A stretch of 64,000 bases of DNA, taken from positions 3,200,001 through 3,264,000 of the forward strand of contig CAWKMU010000003.1 in NCBI GenBank assembly GCA_963850905.1, in the 5' to 3' direction. Position numbers and translations under genes: made by a program. Below are positions 10,505 through 19,657 of this stretch, piece by piece. Within the stretch, counting starts at the first letter, position 1; every line of letters starts with the position of its first letter. The DNA comes from an uncultured Gemmatimonadales bacterium (GTDB taxonomy: Bacteria > Gemmatimonadota > Gemmatimonadetes > Gemmatimonadales > Gemmatimonadaceae). The notes below the pieces were generated by a model. That model saw only the letters and a list, made by a program, of their open reading frames with translations. It did no database searches and had not been told where the DNA came from.

Positions 10505-11961
10505 CGGCCATTCGCCGTCGTCTCCGGTCTCCTCTCTCCTCTTTCCTCACTTCGCGCGCACCGGCGTTGGTCATGGCCGCGGTCGCGTTACTCGCGGCGC
10601 GCGCGTCGGCCCAGTCAGCCGCACCGACCGCGGACCAGGCACTCGCCCGCGACATCCTTCGCGAGGTCATTGACATCAACACGACGCACAGCGCGGGGAA
10701 CACGACCAATGCCGCACAGGCGCTGGCGAAGCGCCTACTGGATGCTGGCTTCGATCCGCACGACGTGCAGATCGTCGGTCCGCGACCCAAGAACCAGAAC
10801 CTCGTGGCCCGGTTCCGCGGCACCGGTGGGCGCAAGCCGATCCTGCTGCTCGCGCACCTGGATGTCGTCGAGGCGCGCCGGGAAGATTGGTCCGTCGATC
10901 CGTTCACGTTCCTCGAGCGCGACGGCTACTTCTACGGCCGCGGGACGAGCGACGTCAAGGACGGCGCCGCGATCTGGGTCGCCACGTTCATTCGCCTGAA
11001 GCGCGAGCACTACCAGCCCGATCGCGATCTTATCCTCGCGCTCACGGCCGGCGAAGAGTCGTCCGAGGACTACAACGGCGTCTCCTGGCTGATCACCAAC
11101 CATCGCGATCTCATCGACGCGGAATACTGCATCAACGCCGACGCCGGTGGGCCCGAGGTCAAGAAGGGCACGCTGATCGCGCGTCCCGTCCAGGCAAGCG
11201 AAAAGGTCTACGAGAGCTACGCGCTGGAGGTGCACAACCCCGGTGGTCACAGCTCGCTCCCGCGCAAGGACAACGCGATCTACGAGCTCGTCGCCGCACT
11301 CGGCCGCCTCTCGCAGTTCGATTTCCCAGTCGACTTGAACGAGGTCAGTCGCAGCTTTTTTGCCCGCAGCGCCGCGATCCAGACTGGGCAGACCGCGGCC
11401 GACATGCGAGCCGTCGTGGCCACGCCGACCGACCTCGCTGCCGCCGCGCGTCTGTCAGTCGTGCCGCTGTACAATTCGATCCTCCACACCACCTGTGTGC
11501 CGACGCTCCTGACCGCAGGCCATGCGGAAAACGCGCTCCCCCAGATGGCCCGCGTGACCGTGAACTGCCGCATCCTCCCGACGGAAAAAGCGGATGACGT
11601 CCAACGCACACTGGTCCGCGTCATCGCAGACTCCCAGGTGACAGTGACGCCAGTCGCCCCCCCGAAACCCAGCCCGCCCTCACCGCTCACGCCCGAGGTG
11701 ATCGGGGCCATCGAACGCGTGACCGCGGCGCAGTGGCCAGGCGTGCCGGTCATTCCAATGATGGGCACTGGTGCGACCGACGGGCTGTACCTCCGCAACG
11801 CCGGCATCCCGACCTACGGCGTCTCCGGGGTGGCAGGCGACGTGGACAATGTGCGCGCGCACGGCCGCGACGAACGCATCAGCGTCAGCGCCTACTACGC
11901 GGCGCTCCCCTACATCCACGACCTCGTGGTCGCTCTGTCCTCGCCGACGCCGGCATCGTAA
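10501..11961 (+). CDS. M20/M25/M40 family metallopeptidase (secreted), tandem copy 2
   Basis: Same motifs as copy 1, colinear and highly similar; ATGA overlap with the copy 1 stop. Confidence 0.92.
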   Translation: MTAIRRRLRSPLSSFLTSRAPALVMAAVALLAARASAQSAAPTADQALARDILREVIDINTTHSAGNTTNAAQALAKRLLDAGFDPHDVQIVGPRPKNQNLVARFRGTGGRKPILLLAHLDVVEARREDWSVDPFTFLERDGYFYGRGTSDVKDGAAIWVATFIRLKREHYQPDRDLILALTAGEESSEDYNGVSWLITNHRDLIDAEYCINADAGGPEVKKGTLIARPVQASEKVYESYALEVHNPGGHSSLPRKDNAIYELVAALGRLSQFDFPVDLNEVSRSFFARSAAIQTGQTAADMRAVVATPTDLAAAARLSVVPLYNSILHTTCVPTLLTAGHAENALPQMARVTVNCRILPTEKADDVQRTLVRVIADSQVTVTPVAPPKPSPPSPLTPEVIGAIERVTAAQWPGVPVIPMMGTGATDGLYLRNAGIPTYGVSGVAGDVDNVRAHGRDERISVSAYYAALPYIHDLVVALSSPTPAS

Positions 11962-12167
11962 CGGCGTTCCTTTCTTTTCCGCGCTTCATCCAGCCTACTG
12001 GCGCGTGAGCGGCCGCGGGCCTTACTCGCCGACTCCCAATTCCGGCGGCGCCGGCAGCACGGACGGCATGACCGGTCGTTTCGTCATGCCTAGCGGCCAA
12101 GCGAGCTGAACCTTATAGTTGGGTGCATTGTGGCCCGCAGGCCCACCTCGGCTCCTGAGCGCTCGAT

Positions 12168-12605
12168 ATGCGACATGCGCTGTTGCTCGCGGGTGCCATT
12201 GTCGTCGCTGGCTGCTCACACGCCACCGCGCCCCGATTCGTTGTCGCGATCAGCGGCCCGGCCACCGAGCAGGCATTCGACACGACCGAGAACGGCGTCG
12301 ATTACAAAATGTGCGAATCCTCGCTGAACGCGACCGCCACGGGCGGGAGCTCTCATGAGGAAGCCACATGGGGCAGCCTGGCCTTCAAGTACGTCCGCGC
12401 GGACGGTGTGGAGTACTCGGGCTCCGAACCCACTGCCGCCGCCTTCTTCGGCGGCAACGAGACCATCGAGAGCGGGTCGTCGGAAACAGGGTTCGTCACT
12501 GGCAGTTGGACGCAGAGCTTCACGTTGTATCTGACTTTCTACTACTCGACCCCACAGACAAGCCGCGATTCCGCGACCTTCAGTTTCGCCTGCCAGGTCA
12601 CGTGA
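12168..12605 (+). CDS. Hypothetical lipoprotein
   Basis: MRHALLLAGAIVVAG|C lipobox; beta-rich mature part with two further Cys; codon usage is gene-like. Confidence 0.7.
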   Translation: MRHALLLAGAIVVAGCSHATAPRFVVAISGPATEQAFDTTENGVDYKMCESSLNATATGGSSHEEATWGSLAFKYVRADGVEYSGSEPTAAAFFGGNETIESGSSETGFVTGSWTQSFTLYLTFYYSTPQTSRDSATFSFACQVT

Positions 12606-12716
12606 TGCCCGCGACCATACCTCTCGTCGACCGCTGACGTCCTCCAGGATACCGCTCCTAGTGCGGTACTGCCGGTCAGCGGCCAGGCTCCCGCAACGTC
12701 GCCTGCTCATCGGCGG

Positions 12717-12741
12717 GTAGGGGCGACGCAATGCGTCGCCC
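12717..12741 (+). repeat. GTAG-family REP
   Basis: GTAG-GGGCGACGCA-A-TGCGTCGCCC hairpin with a GTAG foot. Confidence 0.85.
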
Positions 12742-12782
12742 GCCTCCGGTCCCTCGGATCGGACGCCGCATACCTTTGATTC

Positions 12783-13667
12783 GTGCCTCGCGCGGGAATC
12801 GTGACCTTCGCCGGCCGACCCAACGTCGGCAAGTCGACGCTCCTCAATAGACTGGTGGGGGAGCGACTCAGCATCACGAGCCCAAAGCCGCAGTCCACGC
12901 GCGATCGGATCGTGGGGATCCGCACACTCGACGCAGAGGGGCAGCGAGCCGAGCCTGCGCAACTGGTGTTTCTGGACACACCAGGGCTGCTCGACCCGAA
13001 GGACGACCTGCAACGGTCAATGCGCCACGCGGCGCTCGCAGCCTTGTCCGACGCCGACGTGATCGTCTATCTCGTCGACGCGACCGAAGGGCCGCCGCCG
13101 TCACTCGCGACCACGGCCGGCGTCGCAGCGCCCAAAGCGCCGGTGCTCACTGCACTCAACAAGATCGACCTCGTCGCCCCTGAAGCGCGGTCCGCCCTTG
13201 TCGAGCAGGTTCCCGACGGATACCAGATCTCCGCCGCGAACGGAGACGGCATCGATCCGTTGCTCGACGCCATCGTCGCCCGCGTTCCGGAGAGCCCGTT
13301 CTTGTACCCTGCGGACGACATCAGCGCCCAGCCCGTCCGATTCTTCGTCGCCGAGCTCGTTCGCGAAAGCGCGCTGGAGCAGCTCAGCGAGGAAGTCCCC
13401 CACAGCGTGGCCGTGCAAGTCGACGAATTTCGTGAAAACCAAAAACCGGTCTACATCCGCGCAATCATTTATGTCGAGCGCGAGAGCCAGAAGGGAATCC
13501 TGCTCGGGCACCAGGGCGCGCGGATACGTGAGATCGGACGCCAATCCCGCCTCAAGATCGAGCGACTGCTCGAGCAATCGGTCTACCTCGACCTCTGGGT
13601 CAAGGTGTTACCCAACTGGCGGCGCAACCCGGAGGCGTTGAAACGCCTTGGGTACGGCGAGAAGTAG
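12783..13667 (+). CDS. era: GTPase Era
   Basis: GRPNVGKSTLLN, ITSPKPQSTR, DTPG, NKID; KH domain EEVPHS..VERESQKGILLG..LDLWVKV. Confidence 0.97.
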   Translation: MPRAGIVTFAGRPNVGKSTLLNRLVGERLSITSPKPQSTRDRIVGIRTLDAEGQRAEPAQLVFLDTPGLLDPKDDLQRSMRHAALAALSDADVIVYLVDATEGPPPSLATTAGVAAPKAPVLTALNKIDLVAPEARSALVEQVPDGYQISAANGDGIDPLLDAIVARVPESPFLYPADDISAQPVRFFVAELVRESALEQLSEEVPHSVAVQVDEFRENQKPVYIRAIIYVERESQKGILLGHQGARIREIGRQSRLKIERLLEQSVYLDLWVKVLPNWRRNPEALKRLGYGEK

Positions 13668-13752
13668 CGGATAGGGCCTCGACGCCGCCGCTTGCCCTTT
13701 TCTTGCGGTCATCAAATGATGCAGGGAGCGACGGTGTCGCTGTTCTTCCTTG

Positions 13753-13790
13753 CCCCCGACCCCTGATCCCTGACCCCTGACCCCTGACCT
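13753..13790. repeat. Heptamer tandem repeat (CCCTGAC)n
   Basis: CCCCCGA CCCCTGA TCCCTGA CCCCTGA CCCCTGA immediately before the Trm112-like start. Confidence 0.8.
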
Positions 13791-13791
13791 C

Positions 13792-13986
13792 ATGTCCCTC
13801 GCACCGCAGCTCCTCGCCATCCTGGTCTGCCCGAAGTGCAAGGGCGACCTCGAGTACCGCGAATCCGAATCCAGCCTCGTCTGTCATACGGACCGGCTGC
13901 GCTACGCCATTCGAGACGACATCCCCATCATGCTGATCGACGAAGCTGAACCGCTGGGCCGGGACGAGGTGGAAGCCCACCGGTAG
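13792..13986 (+). CDS. Trm112/YcaR-like zinc-binding small protein
   Basis: LLAILVCPKCKGDL..LVC..YAIRDDIPIML. Confidence 0.92.
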   Translation: MSLAPQLLAILVCPKCKGDLEYRESESSLVCHTDRLRYAIRDDIPIMLIDEAEPLGRDEVEAHR

Positions 13987-14158
13987 GTGTGGGAAGGGGT
14001 GGAGGACCAGCGGTAGGGTCTACTTTCTACTCTCTGTACGTCAACTTTCTCGGGCGCGTCGGCGCCCGTTGCGTGAGGGGGCGGTGATCGGTCATAGTAG
14101 CGTGGCCGCCCATCCCCCCGACGGGCGCGGTGACCTTTCTCAGTCGCACCCGGAACCT

Positions 14159-15157
14159 GTGGCTCATTCAACCGCGATCATCTTTACGCCCGACCGGGCG
14201 GGGGCACCACCGACCGTGCTCGCGTGGCTCGCCGCGCGATCGCTCGCCGTGGTCACGCTCGGCTCCGCCGACGAGCTCATGGCGCGGGCCCTCCGGGGAC
14301 GACCTCGCGTCGTCGTTTTCGACGCGCGCGGGGATGATCGGTCAGCGGTCCTGGCGGCGTGCACCCGCATGAAGCGCGACTCGTACACTGGCATCATCCC
14401 CGCCGTCGCGCTCTCCGGCCCGTCGGAGGAACAGCTGGCGGAAGCGTTCGACGCCGGTGCCGACGAGGTCGTGCGTGCCGGCGCCTCCCCAGAAGAGGCC
14501 ACGCTTCGGCTCAACGTGCTGCTGCGCCGATCCGATCGCGACACTTTCGTGCACCCCTCGACGCGACTGCCCGGCACGGACGAAATCGAGGCCGAGATCG
14601 CCCGCCGCCTGCGCGTGGGGGCGACCTTCGCCGTGTGCTACGCGGACCTCGACCACTTCAAGGAATTCAACGACCGGTACAGCTACTACGATGGCGACCG
14701 CGTAATCCGGATCCTCGCCAAGATCCTCCACGACGTGATCAAGGGGTTTTGCGGCGAGGACGGATTCGTCGGGCACATCGGAGGCGATGACTTTATCTTC
14801 GTCGTGCCCGCGCAGGCGGTCGCGGAGACGTGCGGAGAAGTCATCTCGATCTTCGACGCCCTCGTCCCGTATCAATACTCCGAGCAGGACCGGCGCGCGG
14901 GCTACTTCTTCGGGAAGGATCGCCGCGGTCAGCTCCACCGGGTGCCGCTCATGACGGTCTCCATCGGTGTCGTCACGAATGAGCGGCGACAGTTCACACA
15001 CGCCTCGCAAATGAGTGAGTTGGCAACCGAAATGAAGAGCTACGCGAAGACGCTGAGTGGTTCGGTCTACACAGTGGATCGACGCCAGGACGCCGTAGCG
15101 GAGCACCCCCTGGTCGTGCACCGAAACGGGCCTGCCAACGTCGGAGGCGGACCGTGA
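14159..15157 (+). CDS. Receiver-like + GGDEF domain protein (putative diguanylate cyclase)
   Basis: Degenerate REC domain (VVVFD, AFDAGADEVV) followed by HPSTRLPG, YADLDHFKEFNDRYSYYDGD and GHIGGDDF. Start uncertain (14069-14159). Confidence 0.88.
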   Translation: MAHSTAIIFTPDRAGAPPTVLAWLAARSLAVVTLGSADELMARALRGRPRVVVFDARGDDRSAVLAACTRMKRDSYTGIIPAVALSGPSEEQLAEAFDAGADEVVRAGASPEEATLRLNVLLRRSDRDTFVHPSTRLPGTDEIEAEIARRLRVGATFAVCYADLDHFKEFNDRYSYYDGDRVIRILAKILHDVIKGFCGEDGFVGHIGGDDFIFVVPAQAVAETCGEVISIFDALVPYQYSEQDRRAGYFFGKDRRGQLHRVPLMTVSIGVVTNERRQFTHASQMSELATEMKSYAKTLSGSVYTVDRRQDAVAEHPLVVHRNGPANVGGGP

Positions 15158-16854
15158 ACGTCGCCTGCCCCGAATGTCGGTCGGTCTTTCGGGTCGATCC
15201 CGCGCGCGTCCCCCGGGCCGGGACGCGGGCGCGATGCTCCGTATGCGGTGGCGTCATTCCTATCACACCGGAGACTACGAGTGCGACAGCCCCGGCGGTC
15301 GAACCGGCTGTCGCATTTCCACCGGCCTCCGAGTTCGCCGTCATAGGGGCTCGCCCAGCGGCGGCAGCAGCCGGTTCGCAATCGGGTGTGGCCACGGCAG
15401 CACCGCGCACCGCGACGGCAGTCGCCGCCGCCGATGCGCGTCCAATGGCGCCGCGCCAGGCGCCTCCGAGCGTCCCGGCTCCCGCGCCGGCCATCCCCCC
15501 CGTGCGACCCGGTGCGCCTGCGCCGGCGGTTGCCGCGAGTGCGGCGCCGCGAGTTGCGCCCGCACCCACGTCGGCACCGGGCGCACCACCCGCGCCACGC
15601 CCAGCTCCGCCGCTCAGCGCCGCGGCCGAAGCGCGGCCGGCAGCCCCTCAAAGCGCGGCCACCGCGCCCCGCACCAACGCTCCAGCGCGCCCGGCCGTCA
15701 CTCCGTCGCGCGGCGCACCATCGATCGGTCGGCCATCAGCCCCGGGAGCACCAGCGGCCGCGGCGTCTGCATCGAGCCGTCCGCCGGCCCCGCCTTTGGA
15801 ACCGCTTATCGTTCGCACCACGCCGGCCGCCGGACTCCGGACGCACGACTCGTTGCCGATCGAGCCTATTTCGGGTCCGATAGCTCCGCCGGCCCGCGTG
15901 GCACCGCCCGCGGGCGGTCTCCCGGGGCTTGGGCGTGGCCCGGCACCAATGTCCCCGCGGCCAGCCGCTCCAGGCGCCCCACCACTCGCACCCAGGCCAG
16001 CAGGTGGGCCACCTGGGGCTGTTCCTGGTATGCGGCCCGCGATTCCTGCCCTGCCGCCCCGCTCACCTGGCGCGCCGGCGGCACCAGCGACCCGTCACGC
16101 GGCACCTGCGGCCGGGGCGGCTGGCGCACCGCCGCTTCGATCGTCCGGCCCTCTCGCCTCGCCACTCCATCCTCGCGCCGAGCCGCCTAGCGGTCCTCGT
16201 CCAATGCCCGGCGGAGCTGCCCCGACCGCTCCCGGTGGGCTCGGCGGTGCGGCGCGCCCACCCCTCGCCCCTGGCCAGCCATCATCAATGCCATCGGCGC
16301 GCCCCGCGGCACCGATCGGGGGTGCACCGCTCGGGCCGCCCGGCGCGGCCCGAGCGGTGCCGCCGCGCGAACCGGCCAGTGGTCCGATGCGACCGGCTGC
16401 GCCGGTCGGTCCAGCGAGCGCTGCGCCAGCCCTTCCGCCCCGCGTCGCTCCGGGCGGAGGCATCGCTACAGCCGCCGCATCGGCGCCCGCGCCAGCGAGC
16501 ATGCCATCGAGTCCCACAGCGCCCAAGCCTGGCGCGCCAAGCGCCGCCCCGCGCCCGTCGGGCGCCGCGACACCCGGGGCCGAGCGCCGTCCGATCAATC
16601 CGTTCCTGGCCAACGATCCAAATCAGAAGGCGAAGCGACTCGCCCGCGCCCTCGTCTCGGACATGCTCGCGTATCACCCGGGCAAGCGAGACGAAGGTCT
16701 CGCCAACGGCACGCTCAAGCAGATGTTCCGCGAGGAGATCAAGAAGAGCTACGAAGAATACGTCGAGCAAGTCGGCCGCGACTTCGCCGAAGGCACGACG
16801 CATTTCCAGGAAGCGCTGAATGAGTTGCTGGCTGCTGGGAAGAAGATGTTTTGA
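15154..16854 (+). CDS. MJ0042-type zinc-ribbon + long Pro/Ala-rich linker + C-terminal helical domain resembling RomX
   Basis: N-term MNVACPECRSVFRV..RARCSVCG, then ~430 aa of low complexity, then C-term KAKRLARALVSDMLAYH..FREEIKKSYEEYVEQV..HFQEALNELL. The RomX resemblance is from memory of the family. Confidence 0.8.
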   Translation: MNVACPECRSVFRVDPARVPRAGTRARCSVCGGVIPITPETTSATAPAVEPAVAFPPASEFAVIGARPAAAAAGSQSGVATAAPRTATAVAAADARPMAPRQAPPSVPAPAPAIPPVRPGAPAPAVAASAAPRVAPAPTSAPGAPPAPRPAPPLSAAAEARPAAPQSAATAPRTNAPARPAVTPSRGAPSIGRPSAPGAPAAAASASSRPPAPPLEPLIVRTTPAAGLRTHDSLPIEPISGPIAPPARVAPPAGGLPGLGRGPAPMSPRPAAPGAPPLAPRPAGGPPGAVPGMRPAIPALPPRSPGAPAAPATRHAAPAAGAAGAPPLRSSGPLASPLHPRAEPPSGPRPMPGGAAPTAPGGLGGAARPPLAPGQPSSMPSARPAAPIGGAPLGPPGAARAVPPREPASGPMRPAAPVGPASAAPALPPRVAPGGGIATAAASAPAPASMPSSPTAPKPGAPSAAPRPSGAATPGAERRPINPFLANDPNQKAKRLARALVSDMLAYHPGKRDEGLANGTLKQMFREEIKKSYEEYVEQVGRDFAEGTTHFQEALNELLAAGKKMF

Positions 16855-16857
16855 GGA

Positions 16858-16970
16858 CTGGACGCTAGACACTGGACGCTGGACGCTGGAGAACTAACCG
16901 AGAGGGCCTGTCACGGTGCGCCGCGAACAGGCCCTCAGTTTTTTTCTAACGTTCAGCGTCCAGCGTCTAA
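16858..16970. repeat. Palindromic element with (CTGGACG)n arms, family A copy 2, containing an intrinsic-terminator-like core
   Basis: CTGGACGCTAGACACTGGACGCTGGACGCTGGAGA ... GAGGGCCTGT-loop-ACAGGCCCTC-AG-T7 ... CTAACGTTCAGCGTCCAGCGTCTA. Confidence 0.85.
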
Positions 16971-16988
16971 TCCCTTATCTTTCCTTTT

Positions 16989-18114
16989 ATGGATGACAGT
17001 GAGCGCGAACGCGAGTTGCAACGCAACGCAGATCGGCTGACCGACCTGCGGAGGTACCTTTGACGTCGACTCGAAGCGCCAGGCGCTCGACGAAGGCGAG
17101 CAAGCCATGGCAATGCCAGCCTTTTGGGAGCGCCCCGACCAGGCCCGCGAGGTCGTTCAGCGCGTCAAGCTGCTGAAGGCGGTTGTCGAGCCCTTCGATC
17201 GCCTGGTCGCGCGCATCAAGAGCGCGCTCGAGCTCACGGAGCTCCTCGAGGCCGAACCCAATGCCAGCATGTCCGCAGAGCTCGATCGTGAGACTGCCTC
17301 GATCGAGGTGGATGTCTCCGCGTTCGAGCTGCGTGCGTTGCTCAGCGGCCCCGATGACCAGCGCGATGCGCAGCTCGAGATCAGCGCCGGCGCGGGCGGC
17401 ACTGAGGCGCAGGACTGGGCCGAAATGCTGATGCGGATGTACACGCGATGGGCCGAACGCCGCGGCTACAGCGTCGATGTCCTCGACTTGAGCGACGGCG
17501 AAGAGGCCGGCATCAAAGGTGCCGTCCTCGAGATCCACGGCCCCTACGCGTACGGGTTCCTGCACCCTGAGACGGGCGTGCATCGCCTGGTCCGCATCTC
17601 CCCGTTCGATGCCAACGCGCGGCGACACACGAGTTTCGCGTCCGTGTTCGTCTATCCCGTCGTCAACGAGGAGATCAACATCGAGATCCGCGACGAGGAC
17701 CTCAGGATCGATGTATACCGTGCCTCGGGCGCCGGGGGGCAACACGTCAACAAGACGAGCTCCGCGGTCCGGATCACACACGTGCCGAGCGGCATCGTCG
17801 TCGCCTCACAGGCCGAGCGGTCGCAGTTCAAGAACAAGGCGACTGCGATGAAGATGCTGAAGAATCGTCTCTACCAGCTTGAGGCCGAGCGGCAGGCGCA
17901 GCAAAAGGCGGCGCTGGATGCGACCAAACAGGACGTGACGTTCGGCAGCCAGATTCGAAGCTACGTGTTCCAGCCGTACACCATGGTGAACGACCACCGG
18001 ACCGAGCTCAAGATCCCCGACGTCCAACGCGTCATGGACGGGGACATCGATCCCTTCGTCGAGGCGTATCTCAAGCGTCGGCCGGGCGGCGCGAATGGCT
18101 CGGCCGCAAAGTGA
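16989..18114 (+). CDS. prfB: Peptide chain release factor 2 with programmed +1 frameshift
   Basis: ORF1 from ATG16989 ends CGG AGG TAC CTT TGA C (CTT 17058-17060, TGA 17061-17063) with an internal SD-like GGAGG. The +1 frame holds GAGGTEAQDW, SPF and GGQ. Confidence 0.97.
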
Positions 18115-18121
18115 GCACCCC

Positions 18122-19657
18122 GTGACCACACGCGACGCCGGGAGCCAGGATCTCAACTTCGTCCTCCGCGACCGCCGCGCATCGTTGAACGCGCTGGTCG
18201 CGGCTGGTATCCAGCCCTACGGCTATGTCTTCTCGCGGACTCACTCAGCCGCTGCTGCCGTCCAGACACTCGGCGCCGAGGCCGAAGGACCGTCCGTTCG
18301 CGTCGCCGGACGATTGGTCGCGTTGCGAGCGCATGGCAAGACTACCTTCGCCCATCTTGCCGATCAGAGCGGTCGCATTCAACTCTACTTCAGGCAGGAC
18401 GAGCTCGGGGTGGCGTACGACCTGGTGTCTCACCTCGATCTGGGAGACGTGGTGGGCGTTGCCGGCACGCTCTTTCGCACGCGCACAGGCGAACCGACGG
18501 TCCGCGTCGCTTCGGTAGAATTGCTCGCCAAGTCGCTGCGTCCGCTGCCGCTCGGCAAGGAGGAGCAAGTCGACGGCCGGATCGTTCGGCATGCGGAGTT
18601 CGCCGACCCGGAGCTCCGGTATCGGCAACGGTACGCGGACCTGGCCGTCCACCCGGAAGTGCGCACCATCTTCGTCGCGCGCGCGCGGATGGTCGGCGCG
18701 ATTCGCCGATTCCTCGACGGACGCGATTTTCTCGAGGTCGAGACACCGGTGCTCCAGCCACTGTACGGCGGGGCGACGGCACGGCCATTCACGACGCACC
18801 ACTACGCGCTCGACATGCCACTCTATCTCCGAATCGCGGACGAGCTGTACCTCAAGCGTCTGATTGTCGGCGGGATGGAGCGCGTCTACGAGATCGGCCA
18901 CGACTTCCGGAATGAGGGGATCGACCGGACGCATAATCCGGAATTCACGATGCTGGAGTTCTACCAGGCGTACGCCGACTACTACGAGATGATGGAGGTC
19001 GTCGAGTCGCTGCTCGTCGCGGCGGCCGATGCCGTGCGGTCCGTGCCGCCATATGGTGACCTCGTGCCGACCTTGACGCCGCCTTTTCCGCGTCTCGATT
19101 GGCGCTCGGCTCTCGAGTCGAAGCTGGGTGTCGATCCGCTGTCGCTGGACGAGACGGAGTTGCGGAACCGCGCGACCCGAATTGGAATTTCGAATGTAGC
19201 GTCTCGGTCGGGCCCCAAATTGCTGGATGAGATGTTTCAGGCGCTGGTGGAATCGACGCTAGACACTCCGACGTTCGTGACGGACTACCCCGTCGCGCTG
19301 TCGCCATTGGCGAAGCCCAAACGGGGCAATCCCGCGCTGACGGAGCGGTTTGAGCTGTTTGCGAACGGACACGAGCTGGCAAACGCCTTCAGTGAGCTGA
19401 ACGACCCGATCGATCAGCGGCGACGCTTCGAGGCGCAGGCCGCCCTCCGCGCGCAAGGCGATGTGGAGGCCGTGGGCGTCGACGAGGATTATTTGCGGGC
19501 GATGGAATACGGCATGCCACCAACGGGCGGTGTGGGGATCGGGCTGGACCGGCTGTTCATGTATCTCACGCAGACACACCACATTCGCGACGTGATTCTG
19601 TTTCCGGCCATGCGGCCGGAAACGCCGATCGCGAGTGGAGGCGGCACTCATGGCTGA
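18122..19657 (+). CDS. lysS: Lysine--tRNA ligase (class II)
   Basis: OB-fold, RYRQRYADL, YLRIADELYLKRLIVGG, FRNEGID..HNPEFTMLE, YGMPPTGGVGIGLDRL. Start approximate. Confidence 0.97.
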   Translation: MTTRDAGSQDLNFVLRDRRASLNALVAAGIQPYGYVFSRTHSAAAAVQTLGAEAEGPSVRVAGRLVALRAHGKTTFAHLADQSGRIQLYFRQDELGVAYDLVSHLDLGDVVGVAGTLFRTRTGEPTVRVASVELLAKSLRPLPLGKEEQVDGRIVRHAEFADPELRYRQRYADLAVHPEVRTIFVARARMVGAIRRFLDGRDFLEVETPVLQPLYGGATARPFTTHHYALDMPLYLRIADELYLKRLIVGGMERVYEIGHDFRNEGIDRTHNPEFTMLEFYQAYADYYEMMEVVESLLVAAADAVRSVPPYGDLVPTLTPPFPRLDWRSALESKLGVDPLSLDETELRNRATRIGISNVASRSGPKLLDEMFQALVESTLDTPTFVTDYPVALSPLAKPKRGNPALTERFELFANGHELANAFSELNDPIDQRRRFEAQAALRAQGDVEAVGVDEDYLRAMEYGMPPTGGVGIGLDRLFMYLTQTHHIRDVILFPAMRPETPIASGGGTHG

